From assembly GCA_963740085.1 (NCBI GenBank), contig CAVUCU010000004.1, positions 64,001-128,000 of the forward strand: DNA of 64,000 nucleotides, read 5' to 3'. Positions 9,919 to 20,740 of this stretch are shown here, piece after piece. The stretch's first letter is position 1. Each line of letters opens with the position of its first letter. The notes beneath the pieces are model-generated. The model was not told the origin of the DNA. It made no database searches and was given only the letters and a program-made list of their open reading frames with translations. The translations under genes and the position numbers were made by a program. The DNA is from Nitrospirota bacterium (lineage in GTDB: Bacteria > Nitrospirota > UBA9217).

Positions 9919-10092
9919 TCCCCTGCTTTGCCCGTGATGATGTAACTTGTTCCTCGTGAACAAAAAATTACGGGAGCTGTCACTGAAAAGGGTGTGCATG
10001 CCCAGATTGGACTGGGAAGCCTAAACTTTTAGACATGGCGCCCACCTGGTTAATCCAGGAATCAAGTTTATCCACACGGCAAAAGCGGGGGA
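9919..10092 (+). ncRNA. ssrS: 6S RNA
   Basis: Ends pair as a long rod (TCCCCTGCTTTGCCCGTG / CACGGCAAAAGCGGGGGA), ~175 nt, GGGAGC and CCCACC core, U-tail, canonical zapA-ssrS-rny synteny. Confidence 0.88.
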
Positions 10093-10542
10093 TTTTTTAA
10101 TATTTTGATTCAATAATAACGGTTTCATAATCACACGAACGCGTAGTCAGCGCGAATTCGAAAGGGGCGGGTAGTTCAGGCTCCGGCGCTTGTGATAGTG
10201 CTCAAGAAACAGCGGTTTACTGAGACGTTTTCAACGACACGAACCTAATAAACGAGTGTTCTCAGTTCCGCGACCAGATTGTTTTACCGGCATGGTAACA
10301 TAACGAGACTATGGGGATTTTTATGCATACATATATTCACCGAGAGGAAACACCAGGGAGAGATGTTCCGGAGACATTGCGCGCGAAGGTCGTTCACCAG
10401 ATGCGGTTTGCGCAATCTCCTGGAAAATCGGCAACATCCCGGATCTCCGCTCAAGTCCCCGGTCCCCTGTTGTCCTGATCTGGATCAATCCGGCCCCCTC
10501 ACTATTACAGGTCCCGTGTAAGCCCCCCCGCAGTTAAGAACG

Positions 10543-11889
10543 TTGGGTCTTAAAAATCTCAAGAAACAAACGCAGAAAGAATCGCTGCCCATCGAGCCTT
10601 CCCTGTCGCCTCTGGCGTGGAGAATGCGTCCCCGCGTCCTGTCCGAGTTCGCGGGACAGAAGCATATCCTGGGTACGGGCAAGCTTCTGCGCAGGGCCAT
10701 TGAGACCGATCGGTTCATGTCGCTCATCTTATATGGTCCGCCCGGCGTAGGTAAGACCGCGCTTGCGCACCTGATCGCGGAGCGAAGCAGCGCTCACTTC
10801 GTATCGCTCAATGCCGTCACCGCCGGAGTGGCCGATATCCGGAAGGTAACGCACGAGGCGACGCAGGAACGGGCGCAAAGCGGCAAAAGGACCCTCCTCT
10901 TTATCGATGAGATACACCGCTTTACACGGGTACAGCAGGATGCACTACTGCCCGATGTGGAGCGGGGGAATATCACACTGATCGGCGCCTCAACACAGAA
11001 TCCCTTCTTTGCCATTATTCCAGCGCTCTCCTCACGTTCGCAGATCTTTGAGTTCAAACCGCTCGACGATGAAGATCTTAAAACGCTCATCCTTCGCGCG
11101 CTTGCCGACAAGGACCGGGGACTCGGTAACCTGGCGGTGACCCTGACGCCGGATGCTCTCGACCTCATTATTGCTAAATCCAACGGCGATGCGCGGCGGG
11201 CGCTGAATGCCCTTGAACTCGGCGTTCTCTCGACCGTACCGGGTCCCGACGGCGCAATCCTCTACGATCTCCATACGGCAGAGGAGTCCATTCAGAAGAA
11301 GGCGCTGGTCTACGATGAAGACGAACATTACGACACGATCTCCGCGTTCATTAAAAGCATGCGCGGGAGCGACCCTGACGCGACGCTCTACTGGATGGCA
11401 AAGATGATCGCTGCCGGTGAGGACCCGTTGTTCATCGCACGCAGGATCGTTATCGCCGCGAGCGAGGACGTCGGGAACGCGGACCCGAGGGCGCTCTTTG
11501 TGGCCGTTTCCGCATACCAGGCAGTGGAGCGCATCGGCATGCCTGAGGGCAAACTGCCGCTCGCGCAGGCGGCTGTGTACGTTGCCTCGGCGCCGAAGAG
11601 CAACGCGTCGTACCTCGGCATCAAAGAGGCGATGAGGGACATTGAGGAAGGGCGGCTTATGCCGGTACCGGACCATCTGAAGGACGCCTCATACAAGAGC
11701 GCGGGCCGTCTCGGGAGAGGCAAAGGCTACAAATATCCGCATGATTTTCCGGGCCACTATACGGCCCAGGACTACCTCCCGCAGAAGCGGGAGTATTACC
11801 GGCCCTCGGAGCAAGGCGAAGAAAAAAGGATCAAGGAACGCCTTGCCGGGCTGAAGAAGAGATACCAGGAGGAACACGGACATGATTGA
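10543..11889 (+). CDS. rarA: Replication-associated recombination protein RarA/MgsA
   Basis: [52 protein letters not shown]. Confidence 0.95.
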   Translation: MGLKNLKKQTQKESLPIEPSLSPLAWRMRPRVLSEFAGQKHILGTGKLLRRAIETDRFMSLILYGPPGVGKTALAHLIAERSSAHFVSLNAVTAGVADIRKVTHEATQERAQSGKRTLLFIDEIHRFTRVQQDALLPDVERGNITLIGASTQNPFFAIIPALSSRSQIFEFKPLDDEDLKTLILRALADKDRGLGNLAVTLTPDALDLIIAKSNGDARRALNALELGVLSTVPGPDGAILYDLHTAEESIQKKALVYDEDEHYDTISAFIKSMRGSDPDATLYWMAKMIAAGEDPLFIARRIVIAASEDVGNADPRALFVAVSAYQAVERIGMPEGKLPLAQAAVYVASAPKSNASYLGIKEAMRDIEEGRLMPVPDHLKDASYKSAGRLGRGKGYKYPHDFPGHYTAQDYLPQKREYYRPSEQGEEKRIKERLAGLKKRYQEEHGHD

Positions 11890-13438
11890 GTATATTGTAG
11901 TGTTGATTGTAGGTCTTGCCATGGGCCTGGGTGCAGGCCTGCTGATCAAGGGAAAGTCAGCTGCAGGCAAGATCAAGGAAGCTGAAACGGAAGCGGCGAG
12001 GATCATTGCCAATGCCGAGCGCGAGGCGGAGACCAAACGCAAGGAGGCGGTGCTCGAGTCCAAGGACAAATTCTATCAGGCGCGGTCTGATTTCGAGAAG
12101 GAGACCCGGGAAAAGCGCCAGGAGATCCAGAACCAGGAACGTCGGCTCACACAGAAGGAAGAGAGCCTTGAAAAAAAGACCGACCTTATTGAAAAGCGGG
12201 AATCCGATGCAGTGCGGCGCGAGCGGGAGCTGACGGCGAAGGAAAAGATCGCGCAGGAAAAAGAGGAGCGCTTCGAGAAGGGGATCCACGAGCAGAGGCA
12301 GATGCTCGAAAAGATCGCGAACATGACCGCCGAGGAGGCAAAGCGCCAGCTCATGGTATCCATGGAAGACGAGGCCAAGTATGAGGCGGCCAAGACGATC
12401 AAACGGATCGAGGACGAGGCCAAGGAAGAGGCGGACAAGAAGTCGAAGAACATCATGAGCCTGGCCATCCAGCGGTACGCCAGCGACTATGTAGCCGAGG
12501 CCACGGTCTCCGTGGTCAATCTTCCCAATGATGAAATGAAAGGCAGGATCATCGGGCGCGAGGGCAGGAACATCAGGGCACTCGAGGCAGCGACGGGCAT
12601 CGACCTGATCATCGACGATACGCCGGAAGCGGTCATTCTGTCGTGTTACGATCCGCTTCGGAGAGAGATCGCGAAGCTTACCATTGAACGCTTGATCCAT
12701 GATGGACGCATCCATCCTGCCCGTATCGAGGAGATCGCCGAGAAGGTCAGGAAGGACCTCGATATCACGATGAAGGAGGAGGGAGAAAAAGCCGCCTTCG
12801 ATCTCGGCCTCCACAATATTCATCCCGAGATCATCAAACTTCTCGGGAGGCTCAGGTTCCGGACGAGCTATGGCCAGAACGTGCTGATGCACTCGCGTGA
12901 GGTCGCCTATTTCGCCGGCATCATGGCCGCGGAATGCGGCGTGGATCAGAAACTGGCGCGCCGCGCCGGTCTTCTGCACGACCTTGGCAAGGCGATAGAC
13001 CATGAGGTGGAGGGGACCCATCCTCAGATCGGCGGCGACCTGGCCAAGAAGTACGGTGAGAACCCCAAGGTGATCAACGCGATCATGACCCATCACGGAG
13101 AAGGGGAACCGAACTGCGTGGAGTCCGTTCTGGTCGCAGCCGCGGACGCGCTTTCAGCGGGAAGGCCGGGTGTGCGGCGCGAGACGCTCGAGAGCTATCT
13201 GAAGCGGCTTGAGCAACTCGAGACAGCCGCGAATTCCTTTAAAGGGGTCGAGAAATCCTACGCCATCCAGGCGGGGCGGGAGATCCGTATCATTGTCAAA
13301 CCGGAAGATCTCTCTGATGCGCACTCTGCCCAGCTTTCGCGCGATATTGCGAAGAAGATAGAGACCGAGATGTCCTATCCCGGTCAGATCAAGGTCACGG
13401 TGGTACGCGAGAGCAGGTATGTGGAGTACGCGAAATAG
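11882..13438 (+). CDS. rny: Ribonuclease Y
   Basis: N-terminal TM, coiled coil, KH ([13 protein letters not shown]), HD (LLHDLGK), [10 protein letters not shown]. Confidence 0.97.
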   Translation: MIEYIVVLIVGLAMGLGAGLLIKGKSAAGKIKEAETEAARIIANAEREAETKRKEAVLESKDKFYQARSDFEKETREKRQEIQNQERRLTQKEESLEKKTDLIEKRESDAVRRERELTAKEKIAQEKEERFEKGIHEQRQMLEKIANMTAEEAKRQLMVSMEDEAKYEAAKTIKRIEDEAKEEADKKSKNIMSLAIQRYASDYVAEATVSVVNLPNDEMKGRIIGREGRNIRALEAATGIDLIIDDTPEAVILSCYDPLRREIAKLTIERLIHDGRIHPARIEEIAEKVRKDLDITMKEEGEKAAFDLGLHNIHPEIIKLLGRLRFRTSYGQNVLMHSREVAYFAGIMAAECGVDQKLARRAGLLHDLGKAIDHEVEGTHPQIGGDLAKKYGENPKVINAIMTHHGEGEPNCVESVLVAAADALSAGRPGVRRETLESYLKRLEQLETAANSFKGVEKSYAIQAGREIRIIVKPEDLSDAHSAQLSRDIAKKIETEMSYPGQIKVTVVRESRYVEYAK

Positions 13439-13439
13439 C

Positions 13440-13540
13440 AGAAACAGGAGCCAGAAGTCAGAATTCAGGAGTCAGGAGTAAAGGGAGACACATTAAAATC
13501 TTTATTCTGGCTCCTGTCTACTGCCTCCTGACTTCTGCAT
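13440..13540. repeat. Heptamer-unit inverted repeat (gene-less)
   Basis: CAGGAGC CAGAAGT CAGAATT CAGGAGT CAGGAGT ... ATTCTGG CTCCTGT CTACTGC CTCCTGA CTTCTG. Confidence 0.85.
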
Positions 13541-13553
13541 CTAAGGGGGTTCA

Positions 13554-14333
13554 TTGAAGGTCCTTTTCATCGGCGACATCATCGGCGAGCCGGGCAGGAA
13601 GATGGTTCGGCAGCAGCTGCGCGGTCTCCGGGACCTGCACCATCCCGATCTCGTTATCGCGAATGGAGAGAACTCGGCGGGCGGGTTCGGGATCACGTCC
13701 GAGATAGCCGATGAGCTGTTCTTTCTCGGCATCGACGTACTGACGTCGGGCAATCACGTGTGGGACAAGAAGGAGATCGAACCCTACCTGTCCAGGCAGG
13801 ACCGGCTCATCAGGCCGGCCAACTATCCCGAAGGCAATCCCGGACGCGGCAGTGTGGTCATCTCCACCGAGAACGCGGGCAAGGCCGCGGTCCTGAACCT
13901 CGAAGGGAGGGTCTTCATGTCGAACCTTGCAGACCCGTTCCGTGTTGCCGAACAGGAGATCGAGAGGCTGAAAAAAGAAACGCCTGTCGTGATCATTGAC
14001 TTTCACGCGGAGGCCACGTCCGAGAAGATCGCCCTTGCCTGGCACCTGGACGGCAAGGCAAGCGCGGTGATCGGGACCCATACCCATGTCCAGACAGCCG
14101 ACGAAAGGGTCCTTCCGGGCGGGACGGCCTTTATCACCGATGCGGGCATGACGGGGCCCACGGATTCGGTCATCGGCGTGAAGAAGGAACAGGCTATCGC
14201 GCGTTTTCTGTATCAAACCCCGCACCGGTTCGAAATACCAAAGGGCCCGGTGCATCTCTGCGCGGTCATCGTCGACGTCAACGAGACTACGGGGAAGGCG
14301 AACTCCATAGAACGAATATATGTGAAATCCTAA
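13554..14333 (+). CDS. ymdB: YmdB-family metallophosphoesterase (TIGR00282)
   Basis: GDIIG, NGEN, GNH, DFHAEATSEK, GTHTHVQTAD; follows rny. Confidence 0.93.
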   Translation: MKVLFIGDIIGEPGRKMVRQQLRGLRDLHHPDLVIANGENSAGGFGITSEIADELFFLGIDVLTSGNHVWDKKEIEPYLSRQDRLIRPANYPEGNPGRGSVVISTENAGKAAVLNLEGRVFMSNLADPFRVAEQEIERLKKETPVVIIDFHAEATSEKIALAWHLDGKASAVIGTHTHVQTADERVLPGGTAFITDAGMTGPTDSVIGVKKEQAIARFLYQTPHRFEIPKGPVHLCAVIVDVNETTGKANSIERIYVKS

Positions 14334-14440
14334 ATCCGAAGCTCTCAAGTTCTAAACAATATCGAATAACCAAAATATTGAAAATTCTAATGTTTGAATT
14401 TCGTGCTTGTTTAGGAATTCGCGTTTCGGATTTGGTGCTT
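14326..14440. repeat. Heptamer-unit inverted repeat (gene-less)
   Basis: ATCCTAA ATCCGAA GCTCTCA AGTTCTA ... TTAGGAA TTCGCGT TTCGGAT TTGGTGC. Confidence 0.75.
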
Positions 14441-14445
14441 GTCTC

Positions 14446-15648
14446 ATGAAAACTCACATTGTAACCGTTTCCCAGCTTACCGCTCAGATTAAAAACCTCC
14501 TCGAAGGGTCATTTCCCGAGGTCTGGGTGGAAGGTGAGCTCTCGAACCTCAGCATCCCCCAGTCCGGCCACGCCTACTTCACGCTCAAGGACGAACGCGC
14601 CCAGATCCGCGCGGTCATGTTCCGCTCCTCACTTCGGTTCCTCAAGTTCACGCTCCAGCACGGGATACAGTTACTGTGCCGGGGGAGGGTCAGCGTCTAT
14701 GACCCGCGCGGCGAGTACCAGATCATCCTCGACTACATAGAACCCAAAGGCGTGGGCGCACTCCAGCTTGCCTATGAACAGCTCAAGGCGCGGCTCGACA
14801 AGGAAGGGCTCTTCGACCTTGACCGCAAGAAGCCGCTCCCGCTCCTTCCGCTGCGCATCGGTATTATCACCTCACCGACCGGCGCCGCGATCCGCGATAT
14901 GCTCCGCGTGATCAAGCGGCGCCATCCCAAGATGCATATTCTTCTCTATCCCGTGCCGGTGCAGGGCCTCGATGCCGCCCCCGCTCTTGTTGAGGCAATA
15001 CGCTATTTCAACAGCGAGAAGATCGTCGAGGTGATGATCATGGGCCGCGGCGGCGGGTCACTCGAAGACCTCTGGGCCTTCAATGAGGAATCGGTGGCGC
15101 GAGCGATCGCTGCATCGAAAATTCCGCTCATCTCGGCGGTCGGTCACGAGACGGACTACACGATCGCTGATTTCGTCGCTGATCTCCGGGCCCCGACGCC
15201 CTCTGCCGCAGCTGAGATGGTGGTGGAGAGCGAGGAGCGTTTTCGGGACACCATTCATTCTCTTGAAGTCCGGCTTGTCGGCCGAATGGAACAGATGATA
15301 GATACGGCGCGCGCATCGCTCCGAGAGAATATCCGTCTTCTGGGAGATCCGAGACGAAGACTTGAACAGGTCGTGCAACGGGTGGATGAACTGGTCCGCC
15401 GGATGGCGCTGGGGCTTCGGCAGCATGTGCGCAGGGATCGGGCGCAGCTCACTTCTTTGATCGCGGGTCTCGACCATTTGAATCCGCTGGGTATCCTTTC
15501 GCGCGGATACAGCATAACCAGAAAAATGCCTGATGGGGTGGTCCTCAAAGATGCCGCGGCGGTCATGTCCGGTGACCTGATCAGCACCCGGCTCAACGAG
15601 GGCGAGGTGTTGTCCCGGGTGGAACGGCATGACCCCCCTGACAGGTGA
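14446..15648 (+). CDS. xseA: Exodeoxyribonuclease VII large subunit
   Basis: VWVEGELSN, SGHAYFTLKD, RGGGSLEDLWAFNEE, SAVGHETD, RAPTPSAAAE. Confidence 0.96.
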   Translation: MKTHIVTVSQLTAQIKNLLEGSFPEVWVEGELSNLSIPQSGHAYFTLKDERAQIRAVMFRSSLRFLKFTLQHGIQLLCRGRVSVYDPRGEYQIILDYIEPKGVGALQLAYEQLKARLDKEGLFDLDRKKPLPLLPLRIGIITSPTGAAIRDMLRVIKRRHPKMHILLYPVPVQGLDAAPALVEAIRYFNSEKIVEVMIMGRGGGSLEDLWAFNEESVARAIAASKIPLISAVGHETDYTIADFVADLRAPTPSAAAEMVVESEERFRDTIHSLEVRLVGRMEQMIDTARASLRENIRLLGDPRRRLEQVVQRVDELVRRMALGLRQHVRRDRAQLTSLIAGLDHLNPLGILSRGYSITRKMPDGVVLKDAAAVMSGDLISTRLNEGEVLSRVERHDPPDR

Positions 15649-15731
15649 TAGACATCGAACCTCGCAGATGCCCTTGACCGGGCTGAAGCGAGCGCCCGCG
15701 ATTGCCGGAAGGGGTGTGTGTAGTTCTCCTT

Positions 15732-15760
15732 TTGACACCCGGCCCCTCTTGTGGTACATT
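15732..15760 (+). promoter_or_regulatory. sigma70 promoter, probably giving a leaderless mRNA
   Basis: TTGACA, 17-nt spacer, TG-G-TACATT; ATG 7 nt downstream with no SD. Confidence 0.65.
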
Positions 15761-15767
15761 ACAAACC

Positions 15768-17861
15768 ATGCAGAAAGATATCGGCCAGGAAGATATACTT
15801 ACCCCTGAAGTGCACGATGTCATGCGCGCCCTCGTTTCGGCGATCAGGACAGTTAAGATCTATCCCTCCAATAATCCCATTTATTCCCAGTCAATAAAAA
15901 AATCCTTTGAACTGCTGGACCATTTCCTGGCCACGGCGCAGGAATACACTGTGGGCGTGCAAAAGACCAATTTCACCTATCGGCGCACGCCTGTCGGGAA
16001 AGAGGCGCAGCTGAACAGGGCCATTGCCCAGGACCTGTTCACGAAAGGGATCCGTGAGATCGTCCTCAGCGCCGGCGTGACCGAGGCGGAACTGCTGGAG
16101 CTTTGTCGGGCCCTCGCCCTGTCATCGGAAGAGCTGGCGATGAAGAACGGCATCTCTTCGATCCTCTGGGAACAGGGCGCTGGGCATATCAAGGTGTCCG
16201 AGGCGGGTCTTGATGAAATCATAACGACGAAGATATCAATGGGTTTGATGGATAAGACCGCAGCGGGGACCACGGCAACAACGGAAATTCCCGCGCCAAC
16301 TGCGGCCAGCAAGGGAAAGGTATTTTTTGGCCGCACACTGGTACTGAGCGACCTTATCAGCGATCCCGCGGGGTTCGCATACAGCATGCTTGATCTTGCA
16401 AAGCAGACACACGCTGAGGATGAAACCGTGGAGGACCGTCTGTATGCCCTGTATCAGGAAGCCGGCCGAAAGATAGAATCCGAGCATGCCGGACAGGGCG
16501 ATGGCATGTTCGAGAGCCTGGGCAAGTCCATTCTGTCCCTTGAACCAAACTTTCGAGAAGCACTCGTGGCCGGTAAATTGTATAAGGATCTGGACACGGA
16601 AATGGCGGCTGAACAGCAAACCGACGCCGAACAGGGCATGCCCTACGAGATTCATGAGGTCCAGACAGGACGTTTTTCTCATGCCTGGACCGTACAGCAG
16701 GTGTCAACACTCCTAAAGAAATCATCATTAAAAAAAAAGGCCCTTCCCTCAACACCGCTGTTGTCCCCCGCTGAGGTGAAAGCTGCGCCCCTGTCCGAGA
16801 ACATCCCCGAGATCGCACGGGAAATGGCCGAGTACAGTCCGGAAGAGCTGGAACAGCTCAAAGTTCTGGGAGAGGCTGGCAGAGAATCGGACACCTTCCA
16901 TGCAGCAGTACACACCTTCATCAGTTTGCTTTCCCTCGCGAAGAATCCCCTGCACGATGCGCCAGAGGAGAAGGAAGTAGCCCATTTTTCCAGCGTGGTC
17001 CACCAGCTCGAGGACATACTGACCTTTTTTTTGAAGGAAAAGGACTACGACCGCGCTCTGGGTATTATCCATGCGCTTCGGAAGCCGGTAGACCCGGCTT
17101 TCCAGTCGCGAATAAAAGAAGCTCTTAAAAGAACAGCGTCCAAGTCCATCATTGTGGCGGCGATCGGCGAGCTGAAAATACATCCAAAGGGTTCTCGAAA
17201 ATACCAGTCAGCCTATGCCTACATATCAGAACACGAACGGGAAACAACGGAAATCCTTCTGGAGCTCATGGCGGAAGAACAGGACAGGCTGAAGCGGATC
17301 TTCTATCTCGATCTCTTGAAAGATATCGGCAGGAACCAGATTGCACTGCTCGGGGAACTGCTTACAGACGGGCGCTGGTATTTTGTCCGCAATATCGTGA
17401 GCCTTCTGGGGGAAAGCAAGACGGACCAGGCGCTCACCTTTCTCCGAAAGGCGGCGGACCACAAGAATGTCCGTATCCGACAGGAAGTCATCAAAGGGCT
17501 GTTCACTGTCGGCGGGAAAAAGGCGGCAAGTATTCTGGTGAAGCTGCTGCGCGACAAAGATGCCGGCGTCCAGGTGACGGCGATCCATGCATATGGCGAC
17601 TTTCCCGGCATCGGTGCGGAGGAGTCAAGACCCCTGATCGAGTTCCTGGAGGAAAGGACCCTGAAAAAAAAGGACCAGGAACTGACGATCGAGGCGATCA
17701 AGGCACTTGGAAAGATCGGCGGACGGGAAGCGACGGAATTTTTAAAACGATATTCAATCACCCGGTGGTGGAAACCCCGAAAACTTCAGCAGGAACTCAA
17801 GGCCGCGGCGAAACATGCCGGTGACGAGATCGAGAGGAGACAGGGTGATGGCGGACGATAA
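15768..17861 (+). CDS. HEAT-repeat protein with an unnamed N-terminal domain
   Basis: C-terminal HEAT/PBS-like repeats (DGRWYFVRNIVSLLG, VRIRQEVIKGL, AIKALGKIG). Confidence 0.8.
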   Translation: MQKDIGQEDILTPEVHDVMRALVSAIRTVKIYPSNNPIYSQSIKKSFELLDHFLATAQEYTVGVQKTNFTYRRTPVGKEAQLNRAIAQDLFTKGIREIVLSAGVTEAELLELCRALALSSEELAMKNGISSILWEQGAGHIKVSEAGLDEIITTKISMGLMDKTAAGTTATTEIPAPTAASKGKVFFGRTLVLSDLISDPAGFAYSMLDLAKQTHAEDETVEDRLYALYQEAGRKIESEHAGQGDGMFESLGKSILSLEPNFREALVAGKLYKDLDTEMAAEQQTDAEQGMPYEIHEVQTGRFSHAWTVQQVSTLLKKSSLKKKALPSTPLLSPAEVKAAPLSENIPEIAREMAEYSPEELEQLKVLGEAGRESDTFHAAVHTFISLLSLAKNPLHDAPEEKEVAHFSSVVHQLEDILTFFLKEKDYDRALGIIHALRKPVDPAFQSRIKEALKRTASKSIIVAAIGELKIHPKGSRKYQSAYAYISEHERETTEILLELMAEEQDRLKRIFYLDLLKDIGRNQIALLGELLTDGRWYFVRNIVSLLGESKTDQALTFLRKAADHKNVRIRQEVIKGLFTVGGKKAASILVKLLRDKDAGVQVTAIHAYGDFPGIGAEESRPLIEFLEERTLKKKDQELTIEAIKALGKIGGREATEFLKRYSITRWWKPRKLQQELKAAAKHAGDEIERRQGDGGR

Positions 17862-19281
17862 AGTCGATAATCGCGGAGAGGCAAGGCAGTCCTTTTACGC
17901 GAGACAACTTTTAATCGACTCGGCGCGGACCGCATTCCAGCAGCTCGCCGCCATCTTGAAAAACGCGACCCTGTATCCGGAAGCCCACCCGCATCTCCTT
18001 GGCGCAGCGGATAAATTCCGGGACAAGGTCGAAGAATTGCTTGCGGGGCGAAAGGAAGTGTCTTTCTTTCTTGTAGGAGGGGAACTGTTTTTTGAGAAGA
18101 TATCCATTCCGATCGATCAGTCGCTTTCCCTGCTCCTGGAACAATTCACCACGAGGGACGTGGGCGGGATCGTCTTCACACCGGGACTTACCTCTCAGGA
18201 ATTGATCCGGCTTGCCAGTCTCATGAACAAAGAACCCGCGGTTCTCGCCGGACAGGGGGGCATCCATGCTGTCATCGAAAAAGAGGGAATCCGGCACATT
18301 GTGCTTCACAACGTGGTGCTTGTCGAAAATCAGGTAGGTGACGACATCAAGTCGGGGAAAAAGAAGGCCTCCGAGGTGTTCAAGGACGCAGTCGACACGG
18401 TGAAGGAGATGGTCGAGGCAATGCATTTTGGCCAGTTGTCCAGTGTGCGAAAAGTGAACTCGGTCGTACAAACCATGGTGGACAGCGTCCTGGATAACCG
18501 GGACGCGCTCATCGGCATGACCAATCTCAAGATGTACGATGAATACACCTTTGCCCACTCCGTGAACACGTCGATCCTTGCGTCCTCCCTCGGGACCTAT
18601 CTCTCGTTCGACAAGTCGCAGGTCGCCGCCCTGGGTATGGCGGCACTGATGCATGATATCGGCAAGGTGGCGGTTCCCCTCGAGATCATCAATAAACCCG
18701 GCAAGCTCACGCCTGAAGAGTGGAATCACGTGAAACGGCATCCCGTCGAAGGGGCGCTGCTTCTCATCGATATTCCGGGTGTGTCCAGGCTGGCCATGGT
18801 GGGGGCTTTTGAGCACCACCAACATGGAGGAGACCGGGGCTATCCGCAGGTGAACGGTCAACACAAACGGCATCCCTTTTCTCAGATCGTGGCCCTCGCC
18901 GATGCTTATGAAGCACTCACTGCGGCGCGGGTGTATTACAGCGTCCAGATGCCACCGAACCAGGCCATCCAGATTATGATCAAGAACCGGGGTATCACCA
19001 GCGACCCCGTTCTCCTCAAGGCGTTCGTCAACATGGTCGGCATTTTCCCCATAGGGACCCTTCTTAAGCTGGACACGGGTGAGGTCGGCCTTGTCCTTCA
19101 TCAAACGCGCGATTTGATGCGCCCCCGCGTTCTGATCCTGAACCGGTTCGATGGATCGGAAAAGGAGACTGGTCAGGAAATAAGTCTGCTGGAGACCGTG
19201 GGAGGAAGGCATCGGCGTTCCATTGTCGGCACCATTGATCCGAATACTGCCAAAATTGATTTAAAGAAATATCTTGAATAA
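17848..19281 (+). CDS. HD-GYP cyclic-dinucleotide phosphodiesterase
   Basis: DEYTFAHS, HDIGK, KPGKLT, HP, HHQHGGDRGYP, ADAYEALT; overlaps the HEAT gene stop. Confidence 0.88.
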   Translation: MADDKVDNRGEARQSFYARQLLIDSARTAFQQLAAILKNATLYPEAHPHLLGAADKFRDKVEELLAGRKEVSFFLVGGELFFEKISIPIDQSLSLLLEQFTTRDVGGIVFTPGLTSQELIRLASLMNKEPAVLAGQGGIHAVIEKEGIRHIVLHNVVLVENQVGDDIKSGKKKASEVFKDAVDTVKEMVEAMHFGQLSSVRKVNSVVQTMVDSVLDNRDALIGMTNLKMYDEYTFAHSVNTSILASSLGTYLSFDKSQVAALGMAALMHDIGKVAVPLEIINKPGKLTPEEWNHVKRHPVEGALLLIDIPGVSRLAMVGAFEHHQHGGDRGYPQVNGQHKRHPFSQIVALADAYEALTAARVYYSVQMPPNQAIQIMIKNRGITSDPVLLKAFVNMVGIFPIGTLLKLDTGEVGLVLHQTRDLMRPRVLILNRFDGSEKETGQEISLLETVGGRHRRSIVGTIDPNTAKIDLKKYLE

Positions 19282-19435
19282 GGGCGCCGGTGGGAACCGT
19301 TGCTGCGATCGTCTCTGGTTAGCATTCCTGAGGCACGTTTCTTGTATTTATCCTTGATTTTGTCAGTCCGTTGCGGATATAATTATTTTGTCGCGCTTTT
19401 CTTTTTTGGCCCGACATCGCGGGGTAAGCGATCAT

Positions 19436-19663
19436 ATGGCGGAAAAAAAATTTGAGACGGCACTGGCGCGGCTCGAGGAGATCGTTCAGAAGCTTGAGCA
19501 GGGAGACCTCCCGCTGGAGCAGTCGCTGAAATTGTTCGAGGAGGGGATAAGGCTTTCTCGCATCTGCAACACCCGGCTGGAAGAGGCCGAGCGCAAGGTG
19601 GAGGTCCTGCTCAAGGATAAGGCAGGAAATATGATCGCCAAACCGTTTGAAGAAGAGGAATAA
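19436..19663 (+). CDS. xseB: Exodeoxyribonuclease VII small subunit
   Basis: [32 protein letters not shown]. Confidence 0.95.
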   Translation: MAEKKFETALARLEEIVQKLEQGDLPLEQSLKLFEEGIRLSRICNTRLEEAERKVEVLLKDKAGNMIAKPFEEEE

Positions 19664-19679
19664 CGGAAACAGGCGCTAG

Positions 19680-19750
19680 ATTACAAATGACAAATCCCAA
19701 ATAAATTGCAAAGTCATAATTCCAATTTCTCAACCATTTGGAATTTGGAG
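19680..19750. repeat. Heptamer-unit inverted repeat (gene-less, degenerate)
   Basis: TTACAAA TGACAAA TCCCAAA ... TTTGGAA TTTGGAG. Confidence 0.6.
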
Positions 19751-19764
19751 CGTGCTTCTCACTT

Positions 19765-20655
19765 ATGGATATAGCATCATATCTTTCCAAAAAAAAAGCC
19801 ATCGTTGACAAGGCGCTCGATAAACTCGTTCCTTCCGCGAAGCTGTTCCCGACCTCGGTCCATGAGGCCATGCGCTACAGTCTCTTTGCCGGCGGCAAAC
19901 GGGTGCGGCCCATTATGGCCATTGCCGCTGCAGAGGCGCTCGGCGCAAGAATAAGCGGCCTGCTTCCCCTGGCAGGGTCTCTGGAACTCATTCACACGTA
20001 CTCGCTGATCCACGACGATCTTCCCGCCATGGATGATGATGATTTCAGGCGCGGGCGGCCGACCTGCCATAAGGTATTTGGCGAGGCCATTGCCATACTT
20101 GCGGGGGACGGGCTTTTGAACATGGCATTCGAAGTACTGTCCGATCCCCGCCGGATCAAAGCGGTCCCCGCGAACAGGCTCATTGCCATCATCAAAGAGA
20201 TCAGCGCTGCATCCGGCGTCCTTGGCATGGTGGGAGGGCAGGTAGTTGACATGGAGTCCGAGGGCAGGGAAATTGATTTCCCCACGCTCGAATACATCCA
20301 TACGCACAAGACCGGAGCGCTCATCCGTGCCTCGGTGCGGGTCGGCGCTGTCTATGCGAAGGCAAACGAGAAAAGGCTCAAAGACCTGACCCGGTACGGT
20401 GAGCTGGCTGGCCTCGCTTTTCAGATCGTTGATGATATCCTCGACATTACGGGTAAGCGGGAGGAGATCGGCAAGGACATCGGCAGCGACCTGAAGAAAG
20501 GCAAGAGGACCTACCCGAGCTTTTATGGTCTCGACGACTCATGCCTGAGGGCCGCCGAGGTTGCGGACAAGGCGATTTATGCCCTGCGGGACTTTGACCA
20601 TAAGGCAGACCCGCTCAGGGAATTGGCGAACTATATTGTGAAGAGAGTGAATTAA
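19765..20655 (+). CDS. ispA: Farnesyl/geranylgeranyl diphosphate synthase
   Basis: GGKRVRP, SLIHDDLPAMDDDDFRRG, GQVVD, KTGAL, FQIVDDILD. Confidence 0.95.
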   Translation: MDIASYLSKKKAIVDKALDKLVPSAKLFPTSVHEAMRYSLFAGGKRVRPIMAIAAAEALGARISGLLPLAGSLELIHTYSLIHDDLPAMDDDDFRRGRPTCHKVFGEAIAILAGDGLLNMAFEVLSDPRRIKAVPANRLIAIIKEISAASGVLGMVGGQVVDMESEGREIDFPTLEYIHTHKTGALIRASVRVGAVYAKANEKRLKDLTRYGELAGLAFQIVDDILDITGKREEIGKDIGSDLKKGKRTYPSFYGLDDSCLRAAEVADKAIYALRDFDHKADPLRELANYIVKRVN

Positions 20656-20660
20656 ATAAT

Positions 20661-20728
20661 GGTGTCAGGGTTCGGGGTCCAGGGGTCAGGTAAAACCCTG
20701 AGAACCCTGACGACTGAACCCTGAACCC
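20661..20728. repeat. Heptamer-unit inverted repeat (gene-less)
   Basis: GTCAGGG TTCGGGG TCCAGGG GTCAGG ... CCCTGAC GACTGAA CCCTGAA CCC. Confidence 0.8.
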
Positions 20729-20740
20729 AACGAGGTACTC

